Below, in pieces: positions 7,632-17,472 of a DNA stretch of 38,121 nucleotides (positions are counted from its first letter, which is position 1; the number at the start of each line of letters is the position of its first letter). Below the pieces are notes generated by a model. That model saw nothing but the letters and a program-made list of their open reading frames with translations, was not told the DNA's origin and searched no databases. A program made the translations under genes and the position numbers. The stretch covers positions 1 through 38,121 of the forward strand of contig DOCA01000090.1 of NCBI GenBank assembly GCA_003503995.1, in the 5' to 3' direction. This DNA comes from Holosporales bacterium. Lineage in GTDB: Bacteria; Pseudomonadota; Alphaproteobacteria; Caedimonadales; UBA9215.

Positions 7632-7860
7632 ACACATGATGACTGCAATGGGGCTTTTGTCCGTTTCACTTTTAGGGGGCTGTTCTACCTATCAAGAAAG
7701 TTTTGACTGTCCTGTGGGGGAGGGGATTCGTTGTGCCTCTCTCTCAACCATTAATAAAAAGATGGATAAGGATGAGATCGATTTAGGTCTTGAGCCAAGG
7801 TCTGCTCAAGTGACACAAACAACTTTTGGCTCTGATTTTGCCATGGATCTCAGGGGATAA
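7621..7860 (+). CDS. traV: type-F conjugative transfer lipoprotein TraV
   Basis: GGAGGA lies 7 nt upstream of the ATG at 7621. It has the lipobox LLGGC followed by the Cys pattern STYQESFDCPVGEGIRCAS typical of TraV. The track start at 7606 was rejected in favour of the RBS-supported ATG. Confidence 0.8.
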   Translation: MDIKHMMTAMGLLSVSLLGGCSTYQESFDCPVGEGIRCASLSTINKKMDKDEIDLGLEPRSAQVTQTTFGSDFAMDLRG

Positions 7861-7863
7861 GTC

Positions 7864-10437
7864 ATGATTAAAAACCTTGGTTTAAAAATTGCGTCTTTAT
7901 TTGGGGAAGGGTCTCATGGACTGAACCCCCATTATAAACCTTTAAGAGAAGCACCTTCTCTTTGCGGCAGCCTCTTCGAGTATTTGCCTTATGATACCTT
8001 TGATCCAAAAAGCCAATTGTTTTTTAACAAGGGGTCTACGGGGTTTTCTCTCATTGGGACACCTGTTGCAGGAGCAACCTTTAATGATCAAGGGAAGATA
8101 GATAAGTTTTTCAATCAACCAGGAAATTTGCCAGAAGGCTGCTCCATGCAGTTTCTTCTTATTGCTAGCCCTCGCATTGAAGAGAAGCTCAATTATTGGA
8201 AGAGTTACCGTACCAATCCCAAGTTCGCGGGATCAACGCAGAGGCGGTATGACTTTTTAAATGAAAAAGCCTTTGATAAAAGGACCCCTATCCGAGATTT
8301 TAAGGTGATTATTTCCTATACCGTTCCGGGCATTCGTAACACGCCCGTTGAAAAGGATGATTTAGATAATATACGCACGCTCCTGCAAGGAACTCTTTCT
8401 AAGGTTGGGTTACATACGGTTGTCATGGATGATAAGGATCTTATTCGTGAAGTCGGTAATTTAATTAATCATGAGAAAACCACGAAGCAAGATGAATGCT
8501 GGTATTCGGCGGTTGAAGAGATTGCAAAACTCATTCCAGATACCGATATTGATGCTGAAGTAACAAAAGATGGTTTTTATCTGAGGAACGGGAAGTTTAT
8601 TGCCCATAGTTTTATGCCAAAGACTTCACCTAAGTTGTGGGCTCTGGGTCACATGGATAAGCTCTTTGGAGATATCCTAAAGGGCCATGAGACGATCCCT
8701 TGCCCTTTTATGATGCATTATGGATTCACGATTTGTGAGGGACAATCTGGGCAGAAAAAAAGTGCCGAAGTTAAAAGAGAGATGGCCGAAAAGGCATGTC
8801 AAAATGGTCTTTCAAAATGGCAACCTGGTGTTGAAGAGGAATTCTTAGAAGCCACAGAAGTTGTGAAAGAAATCCAAAATGGCGAACGAGTCATTGATGC
8901 GTGTTTTTCAGTGACAACCTTTTGTGAGCCTAAAAAGCTAAGAGACGTTAAAAGTACTATTGAGTCTATTTGGAATGAGTGTGGTTGGTCTACATTATCA
9001 GCCACATTCCTTCATCAGTCTGTTTTCTTGGGAAGCTTGCCAATGATGTGGACAACAGACGAGAAAAGCACAAAATCTTCTCTTGGCTTAAAAAAAGAAG
9101 TTATTGGTGCTGGTCCTACGTTTTCCAATCGAGGTTTGACCCGAAAAACCATTACAAAGGAACCTCAGAATTTATTACCCATTGTTGCGGAGTGGACAGG
9201 ACAAAGAGCTCCCGGCATTCCCCTTGTTGGCAGAAGAGGCCAGTTGGCTTTTTGGTCGCCTTTTGACGGGTGCTTTGTTCCGGGAAAGAGAATGTATAAT
9301 ACAGAGGGAAATTATAACTTTTGTATCACGGGGAAATCTGGTTCCGGTAAAAGCTTTTTGTGCAATGAAATTATTGAAAATACTCTTTCTGTTGGCGGTA
9401 AAGCCTTTGTCATAGATCGAGGAGAATCGATGAAGGATTTATGTGAATTTAGGGGAGGGACTCATGTCAGTTTTGATTTATCTAAGCCCTTTTCTGTCAA
9501 TCCTTTCACCCATATTCCTGAGGGAAATTCCGAGGATGAACAACAAGATAGGGCTGCTCTCTTTGTTGGGCTTCAAAAAATTGTAAGGGAAATGGCTTTC
9601 CGAGACGGTCAAAAAGACGAAGCAGGTTATTTGAACGAGGCCATTCAAACGGTTTGGAAAACCAAGGGATCCAACGGGTCTATTGATTCCATTGCTGATC
9701 TCTTGGCTATAAACCCTGACCCTCGTGCAAAAGATATTGCGCGTTGCCTTTTGAACTTCACGAGCGAAGGACAATATGGTCAGTTTTTTAATCCACCAGC
9801 TAATATTGATATTAGCAGTGATTTTGTTGTGTTTGAAACGGCAGACATGCCTGAGGACCTCAAAGGCGTCATGTTGATGATGATGATGGTTCGGGTTTGG
9901 CAACGGATGATAGCTTCCGATAGAAATGCGCCGTTTTTAATTTTAATCGACGAGGCAAAAATCCTTCTTGATGGTAAAGAGTCATCCGCCTTCATTTCTG
10001 ATGTTGCTAGAAATGCTCGAAAATATCGTTGTGCCCTTGGATTGGCTACTCAATCTCTCAAGGATTTTTTCGGTGGAGATAACAAAGGATCAGAAGATGT
10101 TTGGGAGAACAGTTCTTGGAAGGTCGTTCTACAGCAAGAGCCTGATACAATTTCTGGGCTCAAAAGCCATAAACATCTTCAAGAATTTGTAAAAGACAGC
10201 TATCGAGAAACCATGCTTCGTTCCCTTGGCGGGGCAAGTACTTTCAGCGAAATGATTTTGTTTCATGAAGACGTGCCCTGTGTTCCCTGTCGTTTGTATT
10301 GTGATCCTTATTCAACCATTCTCTACAGCACCACTGCGGACGAAGTAAATAATATGCGGAAACTTCAAGCTTCAGGAAAAACCCTCGAAGAAAGCATTGA
10401 ATTTACCCTTGAACAACGGCAAGGAATAGCGGCATGA
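7864..10437 (+). CDS. traC: type-F conjugative transfer ATPase TraC (VirB4 family)
   Basis: 857 aa. Canonical Walker A GKSGSGKS (9331-9354) and Walker B LILIDEA (DE at 9949-9954). Syntenic between traV and traW. Confidence 0.95.
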   Translation: MIKNLGLKIASLFGEGSHGLNPHYKPLREAPSLCGSLFEYLPYDTFDPKSQLFFNKGSTGFSLIGTPVAGATFNDQGKIDKFFNQPGNLPEGCSMQFLLIASPRIEEKLNYWKSYRTNPKFAGSTQRRYDFLNEKAFDKRTPIRDFKVIISYTVPGIRNTPVEKDDLDNIRTLLQGTLSKVGLHTVVMDDKDLIREVGNLINHEKTTKQDECWYSAVEEIAKLIPDTDIDAEVTKDGFYLRNGKFIAHSFMPKTSPKLWALGHMDKLFGDILKGHETIPCPFMMHYGFTICEGQSGQKKSAEVKREMAEKACQNGLSKWQPGVEEEFLEATEVVKEIQNGERVIDACFSVTTFCEPKKLRDVKSTIESIWNECGWSTLSATFLHQSVFLGSLPMMWTTDEKSTKSSLGLKKEVIGAGPTFSNRGLTRKTITKEPQNLLPIVAEWTGQRAPGIPLVGRRGQLAFWSPFDGCFVPGKRMYNTEGNYNFCITGKSGSGKSFLCNEIIENTLSVGGKAFVIDRGESMKDLCEFRGGTHVSFDLSKPFSVNPFTHIPEGNSEDEQQDRAALFVGLQKIVREMAFRDGQKDEAGYLNEAIQTVWKTKGSNGSIDSIADLLAINPDPRAKDIARCLLNFTSEGQYGQFFNPPANIDISSDFVVFETADMPEDLKGVMLMMMMVRVWQRMIASDRNAPFLILIDEAKILLDGKESSAFISDVARNARKYRCALGLATQSLKDFFGGDNKGSEDVWENSSWKVVLQQEPDTISGLKSHKHLQEFVKDSYRETMLRSLGGASTFSEMILFHEDVPCVPCRLYCDPYSTILYSTTADEVNNMRKLQASGKTLEESIEFTLEQRQGIAA

Positions 10438-11084
10438 GGGGTAATTATTCATTGATATCTAGTCGATATCTTTATTTCGGACTTTGTTCTGTTCTTGCCT
10501 TAGGTGCTCCTCTTCTTGTTGAAGCAAAATCCTTTGCTGACTTGGCAAGCACTTTTGAAATTGAGGAAGAGAGTTTCTTAACCATGATTCAAAGGCGCGT
10601 TGAGCAAGCACGTGTTGACGGCAAATTAGAGGTTTTAGAAGAGGATGTTAAAAAGCGCGTTAAGGAACGGGTCATAACACCTATTCCCGTCCCAGGCCTT
10701 CAGAAAACATATGAAGAGCGGTCTTGGTATTTTGACCCTTCTATTACTCTTGACCATGATATCCGTGACCACAAAAGTAATCTTATTCATCCCAAAGGCA
10801 CAACCTTAAATCCTTTATCTGTTTTGAGTTGGCGGCATCCGATGATTCTCATAGACGGATCCGATGAAGAGCAAGTTTCTTGGGCTGTTTCTCAAGTAAA
10901 ATCTGGCGGCAAAATTGTCCTTATAAAGGGCTCTCCGATTACGCTTTTTCGGAATACAGGCCAGCGGTTTTATTTTGACCAAGGGGGAAAAATAACTCAG
11001 AGGTTTCAGATTAAACAAATTCCCGCGCGTATTACACAAGAGGGTCAGAAACTTCTCATTGAAGAAGTGAGGGGGAATTCATGA
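10434..11084 (+). CDS. traW: type-F conjugative transfer protein TraW
   Basis: Close pattern match to F TraW: PVPGL...ERSWYFDPSITLDHDIRD, ILIDGSDEEQVSWA and FYFDQGGKITQRFQIKQIPARI. Confidence 0.9.
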   Translation: MRGNYSLISSRYLYFGLCSVLALGAPLLVEAKSFADLASTFEIEEESFLTMIQRRVEQARVDGKLEVLEEDVKKRVKERVITPIPVPGLQKTYEERSWYFDPSITLDHDIRDHKSNLIHPKGTTLNPLSVLSWRHPMILIDGSDEEQVSWAVSQVKSGGKIVLIKGSPITLFRNTGQRFYFDQGGKITQRFQIKQIPARITQEGQKLLIEEVRGNS

Positions 11085-11485
11085 GTAAGGCACTTCATCA
11101 AAATAAAGGATTTAAAATGAAGTTTATAAAAGAAAACGAAAAATCGATCATGGTCGTGGTTGGAACTGGTTTTATATTTTGCGCTGGCTACGTAAGCGGT
11201 GGGGTGGTATTGGCTTCAAACCTCTACAAGGATCTCATCCAAGAAGAGATTCATAAGGGTATGACTCCAGTACGTGAATCTTCTGAAAAGCACACAGTTC
11301 CCGCTAAAACCTATGCATCTGGGGCCTTTGATATGGTTTTTTGGGAGAAGGCACATAAAGCGAATTTTGATGCCATCAAATTCCGCTTTAAGAGATTTCA
11401 AGAAAGCCAACAAGTTCTTTTTGAGGAGCATCTTAAGAAACAAGAAACGGGCTCTATTTTCGCTAAACCTGTGATGGAAAATTAG
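11081..11485 (+). CDS. hypothetical single-pass membrane protein
   Basis: ATGA overlap with traW. One TM (IMVVVGTGFIFCAGYVSGGVVLA). Its size and topology resemble F TrbI, but I could not see sequence similarity. Confidence 0.5.
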   Translation: MSKALHQNKGFKMKFIKENEKSIMVVVGTGFIFCAGYVSGGVVLASNLYKDLIQEEIHKGMTPVRESSEKHTVPAKTYASGAFDMVFWEKAHKANFDAIKFRFKRFQESQQVLFEEHLKKQETGSIFAKPVMEN

Positions 11486-11491
11486 GGGTTA

Positions 11492-12481
11492 ATGATGCGC
11501 TGGTTTCTCTTGCTTCTTACTGTTGTCTTCATTGGAAAAGCGGATGCCTCTGTTTGTCAGGGTCGCTTTTTAAATCCCATTAGCGATGTTTGCTGGCGGT
11601 GTATTTTTCCTTTGAAGATTGCAAGTGTAACCATAGTGTCTGGGGATGTTGCTGAGGTAGATAGTAACGTGTCGCCTATTTGCAGTTGTCCCTCGCCCAT
11701 TCCTCCTTATACGAGCTATGGCATTCCTATTTCTTTTTGGGAACCCTCCCGCTTAGTTGATGTAACACGTACTCCTTATTGTCTCGTTAATATGGGAGGT
11801 GTTCATATGCTCAATACAGGCGTTGTGGATCGGGGACACGTGAGTGATCCTGAATCCGATGGATCTGCGAACTCCTTTTATAATGTGCATTGGTATGTTT
11901 ATCCGTTACTCTTTATCTTGGAGGTTTTGACAGATTTTGTGTGTTTGGAAGCGGGTAGTATTGACGTTGCTTATATGACGGAGATTGATCCGTTTTGGAA
12001 TGATGACGAGCTGAGCGGTGTTTTAAACCCTGAAGCTATTTTGTTTGGCAACCCGATTGCACAGGCTGTTTGTGCAGCAGATTGTCTTGCCTCTTCTTTT
12101 AATTACCCCCTAGATATTTTGTTTTGGTGTAATGGTTGCCAAGGCAGTATTTACCCGTTCACCGGAACGGTGAATGATCATACAGGCGGGGTTCAAGCAA
12201 GCCTACTGGTTGCTGGGCGTTTTATGGCCAAGATGCATAGGGAAGGTTTATTAAAAGGCTATATAGGCGTTCAAGGTCTTTGTGGAAAATTCCCCATGCC
12301 TATTATTCGAAAATCCCAGTATCGCACCCAAATGACCTATCCCATTTCACAATCTACCTCTTGCCAAGCTTTTGGGGCAACGTCTGTTCTGTGGCAATCA
12401 GGGCGTGAATATCCTTATGGGGGAGAAGACTTTGGGTATTTGATTTGGCGCAAAAGAGACTGCTGCTTGAGGGCTTATTAA
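11492..12481 (+). CDS. traU: type-F conjugative transfer protein TraU
   Basis: Signal peptide followed by the signature CQGRFLNPISDVCWRCIFPLKI. Cys-rich, 329 aa. Confidence 0.92.
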   Translation: MMRWFLLLLTVVFIGKADASVCQGRFLNPISDVCWRCIFPLKIASVTIVSGDVAEVDSNVSPICSCPSPIPPYTSYGIPISFWEPSRLVDVTRTPYCLVNMGGVHMLNTGVVDRGHVSDPESDGSANSFYNVHWYVYPLLFILEVLTDFVCLEAGSIDVAYMTEIDPFWNDDELSGVLNPEAILFGNPIAQAVCAADCLASSFNYPLDILFWCNGCQGSIYPFTGTVNDHTGGVQASLLVAGRFMAKMHREGLLKGYIGVQGLCGKFPMPIIRKSQYRTQMTYPISQSTSCQAFGATSVLWQSGREYPYGGEDFGYLIWRKRDCCLRAY

Positions 12482-12495
12482 TGAAAAAAGGAAAC

Positions 12496-12774
12496 CTAAT
12501 GGGTATCATAAACATCTTTTCGATGGTCCAAATCAACAGTTGTAATCACAAGTTGAGTATCTTCAATGACACAGATCAGTCGATAGTCACCAATACGATA
12601 ACGCCAAAGGCCAGCAAGGTTACTTTTGAGGGGTTTACCAAACTCTCTTGGGTCACCAGAATCCAAGATTTTCTGAATGTATTTTTGAAAACGCTTTTGA
12701 ATGGGCTTGTCGAGTTTGAGAAATTTCTTCTCTGCATCGCGGGTGAAAGTAAGGCTCCACTTTTTCTTAGTCAT
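12496..12774 (-). CDS. RelE/ParE-family type II toxin
   Basis: 92 aa. GLWRYRIGDYRLICVIEDTQLVITTVDLDHRKDVY is the classic RelE/StbE C-terminal pattern. It overlaps the upstream antitoxin gene by 8 nt. Confidence 0.85.
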   Translation of the reverse strand: MTKKKWSLTFTRDAEKKFLKLDKPIQKRFQKYIQKILDSGDPREFGKPLKSNLAGLWRYRIGDYRLICVIEDTQLVITTVDLDHRKDVYDTH

Positions 12775-12997
12775 CTTCTAAGAGGCCAGCTTTTTTCTGC
12801 ACGTCTTCCCAAGACACGCCTTGGTCACCACTTTTCAAATGCTCTTCATAAAGGGAAACAGCTTTTTGTATTTTTCTTTGCTTCTCGAGGTACTCGCCTA
12901 AAGCTTCTCTCAAGTAGTAGCTTTTGGGGCGATGTGTTTCCTTTGAGAGCCGATTTAGCTCTTTTTCCATGTCCTCAGGGGGGCGAAAGGTAATCAT
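12767..12997 (-). CDS. ribbon-helix-helix antitoxin (RelB/ParD/CopG-like)
   Basis: MITFRPPEDMEKELNRLSKETHRPKSYYLREALGEYL has an RHH beta-strand plus helix pattern, followed by an acidic tail. The start was moved to the internal ATG at 12997; the track start is 13039. Confidence 0.75.
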   Translation of the reverse strand: MITFRPPEDMEKELNRLSKETHRPKSYYLREALGEYLEKQRKIQKAVSLYEEHLKSGDQGVSWEDVQKKAGLLEDD

Positions 12998-13052
12998 GAT
13001 ATTTTCTCCTTTAATAGCAATGTACTCAAAGTATAACATGTATTACAAAATA

Positions 13053-13712
13053 ATGTCAAGTTTGGCTATGTCAATGTGCATTCTCTCGTCTTCGAGTCAT
13101 GGGACAGATTATAAGCGGATGGCAGATTCATTGTTGAGGGACGCTCAACAACAAATGAAAGTTCATGATGGGGAGGTTCGCTCCATTGTTGAAGGCTCAA
13201 AGGAGACCCAAGAGAAGTCTTTCTTTGGGTTTGATGAAACAGAAGAACTTTTCACAGAACGGAAACCTTTAAAGACAGGTAAAATCTGTCATGCCTCAAA
13301 AATGACGCCTCCCAGTGGCCCAAAGGCGAAATATCAAGGGGATTCCGAACTGTTTGTTTTTGTAACATTAGGCATGAGTGATGAAGCCCTTAAAATTCTC
13401 TCAATCCAAGCCCAAGAAGTAGGGGCTGTCCTTGTGATCAGAGGATTGGTTGATAACTCTTTCCAAAAAACCCACCAGCGTTTAAAAGAGCTAGCTATTC
13501 CCATCGACATTGACCCCACTTTATTTGAGAGATTTGAGATCACCCGTGTGCCAACACTTGTTTTGGCTGAAATAAAGGACGGAAAACTTACGGACGTTCA
13601 TGACAAAGTAAGAGGAAATACATCCATCAGATCAGCTTTAGAGCTATTTTCTATGGAGGGTGACCTCTTTGCTCTAGCACAGTCTTATCTTAAGAAGGGG
13701 CAGGGGGCTTAA
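13053..13712 (+). CDS. trbC: type-F pilus assembly protein TrbC
   Basis: Signal peptide MSSLAMSMCILSSSSHG. ELFVFVTLGMSDEALKILSIQAQEVGAVLVIRGL matches the TrbC core pattern. The track start at 12924 overlaps the antitoxin gene and was rejected. Confidence 0.8.
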   Translation: MSSLAMSMCILSSSSHGTDYKRMADSLLRDAQQQMKVHDGEVRSIVEGSKETQEKSFFGFDETEELFTERKPLKTGKICHASKMTPPSGPKAKYQGDSELFVFVTLGMSDEALKILSIQAQEVGAVLVIRGLVDNSFQKTHQRLKELAIPIDIDPTLFERFEITRVPTLVLAEIKDGKLTDVHDKVRGNTSIRSALELFSMEGDLFALAQSYLKKGQGA

Positions 13713-15391
13713 TGTTAATTTTTTTGATTATTCTCTTTGTTTCATTTTCAGCACATGCTGATCAAAACTCCTATGACCAAGGTAAGGCCTTAGCTCAACA
13801 ATTAGATCAGGGTATCCAAGAGGGCATCCCTGAAGGAATAGAGGTGATCAGTCCTGAGAATGTGCCTGAAACCCATTTCAAAGAAAACTTCCACGAGCTA
13901 AGCGAAGCTGCAACATCAGCAACCCATGAGAGTGAGCTGGGGAGTTACGTTCTTGAAAGCCAAAAAACAACTAAGGCTGAAGATTATCGCGTCACGGAAG
14001 ACAGTGAAATTATTCAAAATGCCAATGACATTGTTGCTGACCCCATGAAGTTTATTGGAGGAGAAGAGGAGCATGAAGAAGGGGGCGTGAGAGAGGTTGT
14101 TGAGAGCACACACCTTTGCGAGGAGAGTGCGGAAGAAGCAACCTATACCTGTGACCAAACACGTCACATAAATTTGAAAAAGAAAACTGAACAGCGTTAT
14201 GAGAAAACAGAATATTTTCAAAGAAGTATTTTTGGGCGATCTTATTCCCCTCAGCATTCTAGTTATTCCTATGAAGAGGTAAAACCTTGGTCACGAACGA
14301 CTTATGGTCAAGGAGGATATACTGAGGGACAAACCAATATCTATAAAACTGTTCAAGTTCTAACCTCTGATGCTAATGAAGATTCAATAGAAGATTCTTG
14401 CAACGGATACGAAGAAGAATCCAATAAAGGGCTTTGTCGATATGGAGCTGAAGAAATTATTGAAGGCCCTGAAACCCGTGAATTTTGTGAAGGGGATGAG
14501 TGTATTTCTGTAACGAGGGAGTGGTGGAAGAAACGCCGTACTTATCATTGCAAGTATCCCTCAAAAGATAATTGCGGTCCCTTTCGAGCAGCAGGCTGTG
14601 ATCAGGTTGAGGCACAATGCCTTAAGAAAGTAGGCGGAGTCTGCGTTAATAATCGAAAAACATTCCTGTGTCGTTCTGTTGCCCTTGGAAATGGCCAAGT
14701 TCGTTTTAAGGGCGATGTTCCTTTTTGTATGGATGGCAACTGTGATGAACATAGTTGGGCTGCCAACAAAGACTTTGCCGATGCCATGTCTAAGCTGTCT
14801 ATGTTTCAAGAGATGTCAAAAGACATGGGAAAAAATCCTCTTATCTTTAGGGGAGAGGCGATGAAATGCTCAAAAGCCACGATGAGCTTTCAAGATTGTT
14901 GTGGCAGTGGTGGTTGGGGTCGTTCTGTTGGTTTGGGACAAAACTGCTCAGAATCTGAAAAGAATCTCAAAAAAGAAAGATCAGCTAACAAATGTGTTCG
15001 GGTGGGGACTTATTGTTCAGACAAGCAAGCTGTTACAAACATTTGTCTTACAAAGAAAACGTCCTTTTGTTGTTTTGGATCCAAACTTTCAAAGCTTTTG
15101 CAAGAACAAGGTCGTGCTCAATTAGGGATCGGGTGGGGAGATGCTGAACATCCTGATTGCCGCCCAATGACCATAGATGAAATCAAACGCATAGACTTTT
15201 CTAGGATAGATTTTAGCGTTTTATATGAAGAAATAAGAGCCAAAACAAGTGTGGAAAGTGTCTCAACAGCGGCAACCGGTCTGGGCGGACGTTGGGATGA
15301 AAAAATCAAAGCTGCTCAATCTAAACATGGTGAAAAAATCAAAGCTTCTGAGCTTTACAATACAAAGGAGAATCCCGATGCGTCCCTCTAA
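13712..15391 (+). CDS. traN: type-F mating-pair stabilisation protein TraN
   Basis: 559 aa with a signal peptide. The C-terminal two-thirds is very Cys-rich (FCMDGNCDEH, CCGSGGWG, CCFGSKL), as in TraN. Confidence 0.9.
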   Translation: MLIFLIILFVSFSAHADQNSYDQGKALAQQLDQGIQEGIPEGIEVISPENVPETHFKENFHELSEAATSATHESELGSYVLESQKTTKAEDYRVTEDSEIIQNANDIVADPMKFIGGEEEHEEGGVREVVESTHLCEESAEEATYTCDQTRHINLKKKTEQRYEKTEYFQRSIFGRSYSPQHSSYSYEEVKPWSRTTYGQGGYTEGQTNIYKTVQVLTSDANEDSIEDSCNGYEEESNKGLCRYGAEEIIEGPETREFCEGDECISVTREWWKKRRTYHCKYPSKDNCGPFRAAGCDQVEAQCLKKVGGVCVNNRKTFLCRSVALGNGQVRFKGDVPFCMDGNCDEHSWAANKDFADAMSKLSMFQEMSKDMGKNPLIFRGEAMKCSKATMSFQDCCGSGGWGRSVGLGQNCSESEKNLKKERSANKCVRVGTYCSDKQAVTNICLTKKTSFCCFGSKLSKLLQEQGRAQLGIGWGDAEHPDCRPMTIDEIKRIDFSRIDFSVLYEEIRAKTSVESVSTAATGLGGRWDEKIKAAQSKHGEKIKASELYNTKENPDASL

Positions 15392-16139
15392 ATTTTTAAT
15401 GCTAATCCTTCTACCGATTCAGGCGATGGCCAGTGATGGGAAGCCTACGGGGTGGTTGTGGTATCAAGATCCAGCTCCAGTTATGGAAGAAAAACAGAAA
15501 GAGCCTGAAAAGACATCACAAGCTGAGAGCCAGAAGCCAAAAACGGCCGTTGAAGAAATGGCAGAAAATCGCAAGCATTATGATGAAGTGATGGCAAAGG
15601 GAATCTTATATCCCACAATTGAGAATGTGACCAACGCGCGCCGCGCTCATGATGCAGTTATTTCTCAAGCAGGTAAGTTTCAAGAGAGCTGGACGATTTC
15701 AGAACTCCTTGATCAACAGACCCCTGTGGACATGACAAGTCCAGGAGCGCTAAAGCTTGCGCGGAAAGAAGAAGAAAAATCTCTTGAAGAGGGCTTGAAG
15801 AAGCTTTCTAAAACCTATGGTTTGATTTTTGTCTTTAAAAAGGATTGTCCTTATTGCCATGAGTTTGCGCCTGTTGTTCAGCATTTTGCCCAACAGTACG
15901 ATTTCAATATTGAGGGGTTGAGTGCAGGTGAGGGATGTTTTGAGGGGATGAGTTGCCTTAAAAACAAAGCAGCCGTTGAAACTCTAAACCCAGAAGGGGC
16001 CTATCCGCTTTTATACTTAGCCAATCCTTCAACCAATGAGTTAATTCCCATTGCGAAGGGTTTTATTAGCCAAAGGGCTCTTTTAGAAAACGTCAAATAC
16101 GCCATTAAGTTCTTAGAACAACAGGGAGAACTCTCATGA
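15378..16139 (+). CDS. traF: type-F conjugative transfer protein TraF, thioredoxin fold with an intact CPYC
   Basis: AAGGAG lies 7 nt upstream of the ATG at 15378. Signal peptide, then GWLWYQDP as in F TraF (GWQWYNE). TYGLIFVFKKDCPYCHEFAPVV carries CxxC at 15846-15857. Confidence 0.88.
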   Translation: MRPSKFLMLILLPIQAMASDGKPTGWLWYQDPAPVMEEKQKEPEKTSQAESQKPKTAVEEMAENRKHYDEVMAKGILYPTIENVTNARRAHDAVISQAGKFQESWTISELLDQQTPVDMTSPGALKLARKEEEKSLEEGLKKLSKTYGLIFVFKKDCPYCHEFAPVVQHFAQQYDFNIEGLSAGEGCFEGMSCLKNKAAVETLNPEGAYPLLYLANPSTNELIPIAKGFISQRALLENVKYAIKFLEQQGELS

Positions 16140-17470
16140 GAAAAGGATATTTATTAGCGACAAGCCTTCTTTTAAGCTGCCCTGTTAAGGGAAATAGCTT
16201 AGGGGATATGATTTCTCATTTAGGGAATGCGAGTAATTTTAACCAAGCAGGTTCTTTTCAGGATCAATCAACGGGACATTATACGGCTGGAGGGATGAAA
16301 ATTCGTCAACAGAATAGGTCTGTTAATCCTATTAATATTCGTCTTCCTAATATGGGTGGTTCTTGTGGCAGCTTTGATTTGCGTTTTGGCGGTATTAGTT
16401 TCATGAAAGCTAGTGAGTTTGTGAGGATGTTTAAATCTATGTCACAGGGCATGCCCATTTATGCCATTCAATTGGGGCTTAAAACTTATGTTCCTCAAAT
16501 CGAGCAAACCATGAAAGGTCTTCAATCCTTCTTGCAGCAAGTGAACAATACAATGTTGAACGACTGTCAAGGACGGCAACAGCTTATGGTTGGTCTTTTG
16601 CCAAAGGGCTCTGCCATGCGTGAAACCGCTTGTTTAGATATGAAACAAAGCGGCAATTTTAATAATGATTATACGGGGGCGAGAGAGAGTTGCCTAAGCA
16701 AAGATAAAATCAATGAGGCAGCGGCAGATCTTAAAGAACGTCATAAGGATCTCTTGATTTCAGAGTTCAATCTTGTGTGGAATGTCATGAAGAAAATCCC
16801 TCGCTATAGAGAGGACACGGAACTCGCTCAAATGATCATGTCTCTTGTTGGGACCGTTGTTTCAAAGAAAGAAGGGGAGGATTTTAAGGTAATCTTTTTA
16901 GCCCCCAAAGCCGATGATGAGAAGTTCTTGGATGCCTACTTGACGGGCGGTCAAACAGAAATCTTTGTGTGTGACGAAACCACAAAATGCCTAGGGGTGA
17001 GTAATGCAAAGTATACTATTACGGCTGACCAATCTTTATCTCAACAGATTTTAAAACACGTTCATAGCTTAAGGGTGAAGTATCTAACGGAAGAAGTGTT
17101 TAGTGAGCAGGAGATGGTTTTCTTAAGTGATTCTGTCAATCTTCCGATCTACAAATATATTCAAATTTCAGCGGCGGCCCATGTGAACTATCCCTTGGAG
17201 CGTTCTACCCAGTATCTGGCAATGTCTATTCTCCTGAATCAGTTTGAGGAGATTGCAAAGGAAATCCTAGAGGCTGTTTCAGTCATAGAATCCATTCAAA
17301 TGGATTCCACGATCCCGAAGGATTTTAAAACCCGCCTCGAATTAGCGAGAACACGTCTCCAACGAAAAATGGCAACTCTTGATACCAAAGAACTTTGGAT
17401 GCTTGAGAAAGTCACACGCGCAAAAGAAACAGAAATGCGCGCCAACCACGACCTAGAAGAAGGAATTTAA
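16136..17470 (+). CDS. traH: type-F conjugative transfer protein TraH
   Basis: 444 aa with a signal peptide. ATGA overlap with traF, syntenic between traF and traG, with a coiled-coil C-terminus. Confidence 0.85.
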   Translation: MRKGYLLATSLLLSCPVKGNSLGDMISHLGNASNFNQAGSFQDQSTGHYTAGGMKIRQQNRSVNPINIRLPNMGGSCGSFDLRFGGISFMKASEFVRMFKSMSQGMPIYAIQLGLKTYVPQIEQTMKGLQSFLQQVNNTMLNDCQGRQQLMVGLLPKGSAMRETACLDMKQSGNFNNDYTGARESCLSKDKINEAAADLKERHKDLLISEFNLVWNVMKKIPRYREDTELAQMIMSLVGTVVSKKEGEDFKVIFLAPKADDEKFLDAYLTGGQTEIFVCDETTKCLGVSNAKYTITADQSLSQQILKHVHSLRVKYLTEEVFSEQEMVFLSDSVNLPIYKYIQISAAAHVNYPLERSTQYLAMSILLNQFEEIAKEILEAVSVIESIQMDSTIPKDFKTRLELARTRLQRKMATLDTKELWMLEKVTRAKETEMRANHDLEEGI

Positions 17471-17472
17471 AA

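Noticed and set aside
9866-9890. (ATG/GAT)n triplet run encoding MLMMMMV in TraC, as a possible slippage or phase-variation tract.
   Set aside because: Only about four in-frame triplets are present, so slippage would not shift the frame. It falls in a hydrophobic segment that is plausible for the protein.
12445-12993. 182-aa + strand ORF spanning the traU-trbC gap.
   Set aside because: It is antisense to a textbook RelE/RHH pair and has no recognisable features. It is a shadow ORF.
15249-15377. Upstream start for traF, overlapping traN by 143 nt.
   Set aside because: The ATG at 15378 has AAGGAG 7 nt upstream and yields a canonical signal peptide followed by the conserved GW.WY motif.
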